This document shows, piece by piece, positions 20,700 through 27,128 of a stretch of 27,128 bases of DNA. How positions within the stretch are numbered: position 1 is the stretch's first letter; each line of letters starts with the position of its first letter. The translations under genes and the position numbers were made by a program. This DNA comes from Macrostomum lignano (lineage: Eukaryota). The stretch is taken from NCBI GenBank assembly GCA_002269645.1, contig NIVC01004066.1, forward strand, positions 1-27,128. Direction: 5' to 3'. Below the pieces are notes generated by a model. The model was not told where the DNA came from. It made no database searches and was given only the letters and a program-made list of their open reading frames with translations.

Positions 20700-23629
20700 G
20701 TAAGGGACACTGGTGGGAGTTGATCGCATTGGCCATGCAGGTACAGAGGGGACTTGTGCAGGGGATTCTTGCAGTGGCGAGTCTATGGGGTAGCTACATG
20801 TACTATTACATTGCTAAATACGAGGAATTGTACTTTTGGCCTTCAACGCGCCAACTAGCCTCTCATAGCGCTGATGATAGACTAACTCGAACTTCAGAGA
20901 CCGCATTATTCATTACCCGAGCCGCTTGGCTAACCTAGAGTGCACAAAGTACATCTCTGGAGCCGATTCTGCACTATTGGCAATTTTGCTCACTGATTTG
21001 ATAGATTGATCGACTGAGAACTGCCTTGCCATTGGTCCACTGTGACCGCGGCGCCTACTTAGCTTAGCTATTCATCTGAGCCATCGGCGAACAAAGAAAT
21101 AAAACCGATAAAAATAACTGTTAGATTCAACCTTCTCCTTAGATGCACTTCACACTTCAGATTGAATTGGAGTTTTAGACTTCTAGCAGTATTATTGAAT
21201 GACTTCTGCCTCGATTACAGCACTACTGAACAAAATGAGCAAAAGTGTGCGCCTAATCCAGCTACTGAAACAGGGGACAGATAAGGAATCACCCAATCAA
21301 GCAAGTCTAGGCAGCCTCTCACCCAACCAATCAGAAACTCAACAGCCGGAGACCAGGTAATCCACGGCCTGACCGAATCGGCTTAGTGCTTCGCAGCTGT
21401 AGGCCCGGGATGATGCTGATGTCACAATCTTCGCTGATAGCTAGCAGGTGTTGCTCTTCGCTTTGATGTTCACTGCTGATGACCGGGGGATTCGTCCTTG
21501 ATGATGATGGGGGGAAGTCGCAATCCGAGGATCAAGAAACGACGGTCAATTCCTGGCCGGTGGAGCCAAGGGTAGCACCTTGTCGCAAGAAGGTTTGCAG
21601 GGAGTAGCACCCAGGAATGCCGTCCGAGCGGGCCAAAAACACCGGTTTAAATAGCCGCCAACTGGACCGCAGTTTTTTATAATGGGACACGTCGATTCTG
21701 ATTGGCTGAGTCGATTTGTTAAAATGAGCGTCGAATTTTCTGATTCGCTAAGCTTGTTGCTACCCAGAACCACGTGACCGGGAGATCCTATCAGTTCCCT
21801 CGGGGTCGTAAAAACATGACAGGTGCGGCCATAAATCAATCAAAATCGCAACAAAATGATTTATGACTTTTCGCGTAGGATTGACAGAAATTAATGAAAA
21901 AAATTACATTAGAAAGCTCATTATTAAGTATAGAAGGTGAAGATAATGAAGAGAAATCGCTAATCGCTAATCCCAAAGTACTTTAGGGGTAAAACGCATA
22001 GCTGTCAAAGCTGTAACACGCTTGAGTGAACACGAACAATTATAGGCTCTGACCTCTTGTCTCCCTAAAATCAAGCATCCCTAGACTGCATGCAAGCATC
22101 CCCCAGATAGCAAGAATACCCCCAAAAAGCAAGCATCCCTGTATACAAAGAATCCTTATAGATAGTCGTCTTTGTTAAAATTTTCTCGCGCCACATCTTG
22201 GAGTGTGCACTCGAATTGAGAACAAGAAAATTTGTTTTGCGTAAAACTATGTGCATGAAATTCTTAAATACTTTGAAAAATCATTTGATTAACGGTTTTT
22301 TGTTTTGTGTTTCATCAATAAGATGTATAACGTACATTTCTTTCTAATGCAGTACAAATTTTGTTTAATGATTTGTATTTTTAAACTTTGAAGTATGCAA
22401 TTTTTTTACGCAGCGCGGGCAATCGAACGAGCCCTCCCGCGAAATATATGAAAGTTCAAAAGAAGAGCCAGTCTAACAGGTTTGGACTAGACTAGAAAGG
22501 AAAGGAAATAGGAAGGATATAATTTTAACCATTGGCGTTAAGTAAACCCTAAATGCAAGTCAAAGTGCCGCACGCGCTGAACTTAATATATAGACAACTA
22601 GCGAACTAGGCAATGCCAATGGCCATAATCTAATCTAATAATTTCGTTACTTTTCTTTAATCTTTATTATAAGGTTAGGCCATGGCATAGGCCACGGTAG
22701 GTGGAGCATCAAAACTCAGATTTAAGAGTTTTAAATATTTACTAGAAAATGGGCCTATCATTTTCACATTTGGATTGATTTTGAAATTAGTTTAGTTAGG
22801 CCTAGGCTGGCAATGGCTAGAGTTATGGCCTAAAAACCCAGTTTCTAATGGCTATGGATCTGGCAGTGGTATTCCAGTAGTGCAATTTATGGGTATAGTA
22901 CAGCAGAAACATTTTACTTTTTTAATGGGTGGTTGATATTGGGATTTTGTTAGCTCTATTGGCTAAATAGTATAAGATAATTCATAATACTAATAGAGAT
23001 TCTTTATAATAAAAAGCTTATATTCAATAGAAAATATATTTTTGAGCAAGCTGCACCAAAATAGTCAATTTGGTCCATTTCAATTGAAATAGTTATATAC
23101 AAATATTGGCTAACTAGGCTTTCAAAATTAAAACAGCAGGAGAAACAATAAAGCCATGTGTTTATCTATGTATGTTTATGTTTATTTAAAATAAAGAATC
23201 ATTGTATAACTTAAAATTGAAAAGGTAATTATGAAGTATCACAGTTTATTAATCAAAGAGTATTGACTTTTACTTAGGCCCTATATTATTTACTTTAGAT
23301 AGAATTTCTCATATATTCATAGTGTCTAACAATAGACTAACCAATTGCTTAGTCATCTTTACTTAATACTTTCAACTGCAATATTGCTTAGAGTTATGCA
23401 ATGAAATATAGCAGAACTTGATGCTCAACCACTAATAGGATAAATTAAGCTTAGCCACTTGTATAGTCATTAACTATTAGATTTTTAATAGACTAAATCT
23501 AAATAGAATAATTATCAATTGAAAAGTTTTACTACCAAAAAAATTATTGTTAACAATTTTTTACTTTGCTATGCAATGTTATTAGAGCAATGTAAACACA
23601 ATTAAAAAAATATTTGTAAACTTTTTGTT

Positions 23630-24330
23630 CTAGGCACTTGGCAAAAAGGTAGTAGTTGATAGGTACAATATCTAAGCTTATAAGTTGGGTAGGGAAGAAT
23701 CTTCCAACCCAACATTAGCAGCTTCTTGAACATCGATTGAGCCTTATTGCATTTTCATATAGCAAGACAACTTTGCAACATTCTCAAGGCACTTTTTGGT
23801 CAAAGCATATTGCAGAATCTAGCTGCTGATTGTAGTTGGCAGTGATAATCTGGTTCTTGAATATCAGCTCCCATATGATGATTCTTTTGGTGTTCCAGAA
23901 AATGGATAGCATGACTTTCTTGGGATGAAGCTTGCTCACTGGCTTGTATTTTATTTTTATTGATGCCATACTGCTATTGCCAGCAATTGATAGTGATGTA
24001 GTGGTACCACTTTTTATACCCATGTTGTCCAACCAAGCAGCTTGTTGCAATTGACTGAGAGTAACCTTCATGTGGCACTCCAGGTCATGGGCTCCTAGCT
24101 AGTGTGGCACCTAGCACCCAAGTTTGGCTTCTATAATTAGTGGTGTTGTTGTCCAATGCATATTTTGTTGGTCAAACTTTAAATATCCTTTAAGTTTTTG
24201 ATGACATACACAACAACTTCCTGGCTGGAGACCTTAAATGCTTCATGTTGGATCATCTACATGACATTCAATCTGTAGTTAAAGCAAACTGGAAGCAACT
24301 TGAAGAAGAAATTCTTTGTGCATTAGGCCA
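23630..24330 (-). mobile_element. Decayed mariner (Tc1/mariner) transposase
   Basis: Motif remnants in the correct order: LGC*VPH*L (WVPHEL), KLHPKKVMLSIFWNTKRIIIWEL…QIITANYNQQLD, VVLLYENA (HDNA) and LGWKILPYPTY/SLDIVPINYYLF (YSPDLAPSDYHLF). Multiple stops and frameshifts. Confidence 0.9.
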
Positions 24331-24699
24331 GGGTGACCCACAGATACTAGAATAACTAGATGGGCCACTCAGCACATTTGCGTGTAAGCTACTTTTAGTT
24401 CAGTAGTGTGTTAAACAGAACCATTTTAATGTATTTTTAAAGACAAGTCTCATTTATTGGCTCTTACCACCCTCATGGGCCCCCCAGGTTAAAACCTAAA
24501 ACCGCGCCTTTCTACACTGCCCCCCGCCTCGCCCCAATTTTTATTGCCTTCCTCGGAATTCCAGCCTAAAGCTGCCATGTACATTTCAGTGGACTGGCTA
24601 ATGTACATTATTGCTGAACCAATTAGCAAATTCTTTACGCCTGCAAGCTTGGGCTTCTAAACTTATCATATCAAAGTCGTTTCAGCTGGCTTTATTTTT

Positions 24700-25800
24700 A
24701 TGAAATAGCTTATGTATTCTTCTTTGCTACTGAACTGAAAGTAGAAAGCTGATTTACTATGTATATATGCCTGAGTGGCCCATCTAGTTATTTTAGTATC
24801 TGTGGTGTGACCTGAAAGATGGTAACTGTGTCCATTGATCCATGCTACAATGAGCATGTGTCCAGTGATAATGGTCTTTTGAAGACAGTATGAGCCCAAG
24901 CTCATATGATATGCAATGGTAGTCCATCGTGGTAACCATTCTATTAATTGTATTGGTGCCAGTCTTGGTTACATTGTAGTGCTGGGCCAGCGCTGGCTTG
25001 TTCTTTGGAGGCACACGTTGGCTGTCATGGTGATTAGTAGACAACAGAATTACAGTCATCTGTTTGCTTGCAGTATTTACGACTGTAAAAAAACTCCAGA
25101 TGACTTGGTCTCCTGTTGTCTTTGAACTGAGGTGACAAGCCCTTGGCAATCGTGTGTCACGTTTCCAAGAAAAGTTATTTTTTATTTTAGAGTGCTGCGG
25201 CCACCATTGGGCTTAGTACTCGTAAAAAGGTCAGCAGTAATGTTTACCCAGAATCTTTTGAAAATGTCAGATAGATGGAGCAGCACTTGCTCGCTACTTA
25301 AGTATTTGATGACGCCACCGTTCTCCACTTTCATCAGCAGGTTGTTGTCTGCGGCGTACAATTCCGGCTTGTACACATAATGAAATGTCGCTGTATTTCG
25401 AGCAGTTGTTGCAGTGAAAGACTTAACGCCATTTCTGGCTGGCCTCCTAGATCTAGCTGGCCTCCTGAAATATGGCTCTTGCGACCTTTAAACGAGATAC
25501 AACTGCATATTTGCAAAAAAATGTTTCTAGGGAGAAGCCACCTGTCACCAAAAAGGCGTGTTTTGGATGACAGTATGAGGCTCATTTTGGGTCGATAAAC
25601 CAAATTTGCTATGCACTTGCATTATGCATGTTGTGACGCGTGAGCAGCTAACACAGTGCTCCAATGAAGCTTTCCATTTCAACAATATCACAGTCTTCAA
25701 AGTCACTGCCCCAAGTCTGTGATGGCCAGTCCTATTTGTTGCTTTGATAATTTCTTCAGCAGTATCTCTAGGCAAAAAAATAGGACGCATTTCGTTGCCG
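24700..25800 (-). mobile_element. Decayed piggyBac-family transposase
   Basis: LLPRNIFLQICSCISF (MSRNRF-like), VLLHLSD…VNITADLFTS (NITxDNFFTS), and VILLSTNHHD…HYNVTKTGTNTINRM (VILLSTMH…YNxTKGGVDxxD), split across frames. Confidence 0.85.
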
Positions 25801-26552
25801 GCTCAAAAGAGAGAAGTTTGGGTTATTCTGCGACTCTAAATGCAGCACAGAATCGCTTGGCCATTGCCTTGAGTGCGGATGTTGAGTGCTATAGCTAAAT
25901 TAATGATTTGGCAGAGGCTTGATCTCATAAACTAAATGTACTTTTGACAGCTGAAAGTGCTTTGTGGCAACTTTTTTAGACTTAGAGTTTGAGACCGCAG
26001 CAGCGCTCAGCACGATGGATGAAAGCTTGAAAAGAGGTCTCTTAGGACCGCAGGCGATGTTCCAGCCACAGTGGTAACGTCGTCCGCGTGGCCGACCTTT
26101 GTACCGGTTCTAGATTTGGGCTGCTGAGCAGCTCGTCCATGACCAGGTTCAAGAGAACCGGGCTGATGCCTCAACCTTGCGGTCGACCTTTCTAGACATT
26201 CACAGAATGGGAGTGTCCGAGGAGGTACAAAGTCTAGCTTACTATCTTGTAGTTATTTAGGAAATAATCTTGTCTGACTAGCTATCAAGTATGGCCATAT
26301 CCTAGGATCCTATTCGAGCCTCAAAATTGTTGCCTACTGAAGCACTACTATGCGATTCTATAGGTGGCTTATGGGGCCATATCTGTCACTTTTCTAATGC
26401 ACTGTTACTTTGAAAGTGAAGGAACTACAAGTATTTATATGCATTTGAATTTTTTCAACTGTTTGTAATAACTCAAAACTGACTCGACTCGTCGAGCACA
26501 GCTCAACTGAGTACTCGTACTTATCAATTAAAAATAATTCTAATAATTCCAG

Positions 26553-26784
26553 GCTCAAGCACCAGCCAAAGACCCACACCAGTTTGTGGGCGTCAAGGAT
26601 GTTAACCCAGCAGAAGCTGGTCCGGGCTCTGGCCGCCTTCCTGAAGAAGACCGGCAAACTGCCCGTGCCTGAATGGGCTGACGTTGTCAAACTGTCAGCC
26701 GCCAACGAACTGGCCCCCAGCGACTCCGATTGGTTTTACGTGCGCGCCGGCTCTATTCTGCGCCATTTGTACATCCGCGCCCCG
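26553..26784 (+). CDS. RPS19: 40S ribosomal protein eS19 internal exon with a +1 frameshift at 26606-26608
   Basis: GVKDVN/QQKLVRALAAFLKKTGKLPVPEWADVVKLSAANELAPSDSDWFYVRAGSILRHLYIRAP is clearly eS19. Acceptor ctaataattccag| and donor |gtgcgt; the exon is 232 nt (77 codons +1). The rest of the gene lies beyond the window. Confidence 0.93.
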
Positions 26785-26851
26785 GTGCGTTGCGCGACTT
26801 TTTATAATTTGCTAGGATAGTAGTAATCGATTGTTACGGCGGCATAACCTC

Positions 26852-27128
26852 TAGAACCTCAGTTGCTGAGCCAGCCTCCCAGATCCTCAGTTGCTGGGCC
26901 AGCCTCCCAGATCCTCAGTTACTAAGCCAGTCTCCCAGGTCCTCAGTTGCTGGGCCAGCCTCTTAGATCCTCAGTTGTTAGGCCAGCTTCCCAGATCCTC
27001 AGTTGCTGGGCCTGCCTCCCAGATCCTCAGTTGCTGGGCCAGCCTCCCAGATCCTCAGTTTGCTTGCGCGCCAGTCTTACCAGATCCTCAGTTGCTGGGC
27101 CAGCCTCCCAGATCCTCAGTTGCTGGGC
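26852..27128. repeat. 28-bp minisatellite (cccagatcctcagttgctgggccagcct), about 10 units, in an RPS19 intron and running off the window end
   Basis: Head-to-tail copies with no spacers; each has a CCCAG…CTGGG internal inverted repeat. Confidence 0.95.

Noticed and set aside
26852-27128. CRISPR-like 28-bp partially palindromic repeat
   Set aside because: Units are head-to-tail with no unique spacers, there are no cas genes, and the context is a eukaryotic intron.

Overview
Eukaryotic (animal) genomic DNA, not prokaryotic. It has spliceosomal GT-AG introns, GC-rich exons in an AT-rich background, and many 16-28 bp minisatellites. This style suggests a free-living flatworm such as Macrostomum (inference only). 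Recognisable genes: the 3' exons of a probable protocadherin-like gene (+, ~1.05-2.08 kb), a TNFAIP8/TIPE-family gene (-, main exon 8009-8649, with two candidate alternative first exons), an intronless KChIP-type calcium sensor with degenerate EF-hands (+, 15316-15945), a single-exon divergent MATH/TRAF-like ORF (-, 16813-17286), and an RPS19 exon carrying a 1-nt frameshift (+, 26553-26784). Transposon relics: a tRNA-derived CORE-like SINE, a truncated RTE-type LINE, a probable hAT-type MITE, and decayed mariner and piggyBac transposases. Most long ORFs in the track at 2.6-7.8 kb are minisatellite artefacts. I found no convincing wholly new biological system. The best leads are the Ca-degenerate KChIP, the lone MATH protein, TNFAIP8 alternative first exons, two single-base frameshifts, the source of the RPS19 start codon, and the convergence of unrelated minisatellites on 21-23 bp units. 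All family calls are by-eye motif recognition; no database search was run.
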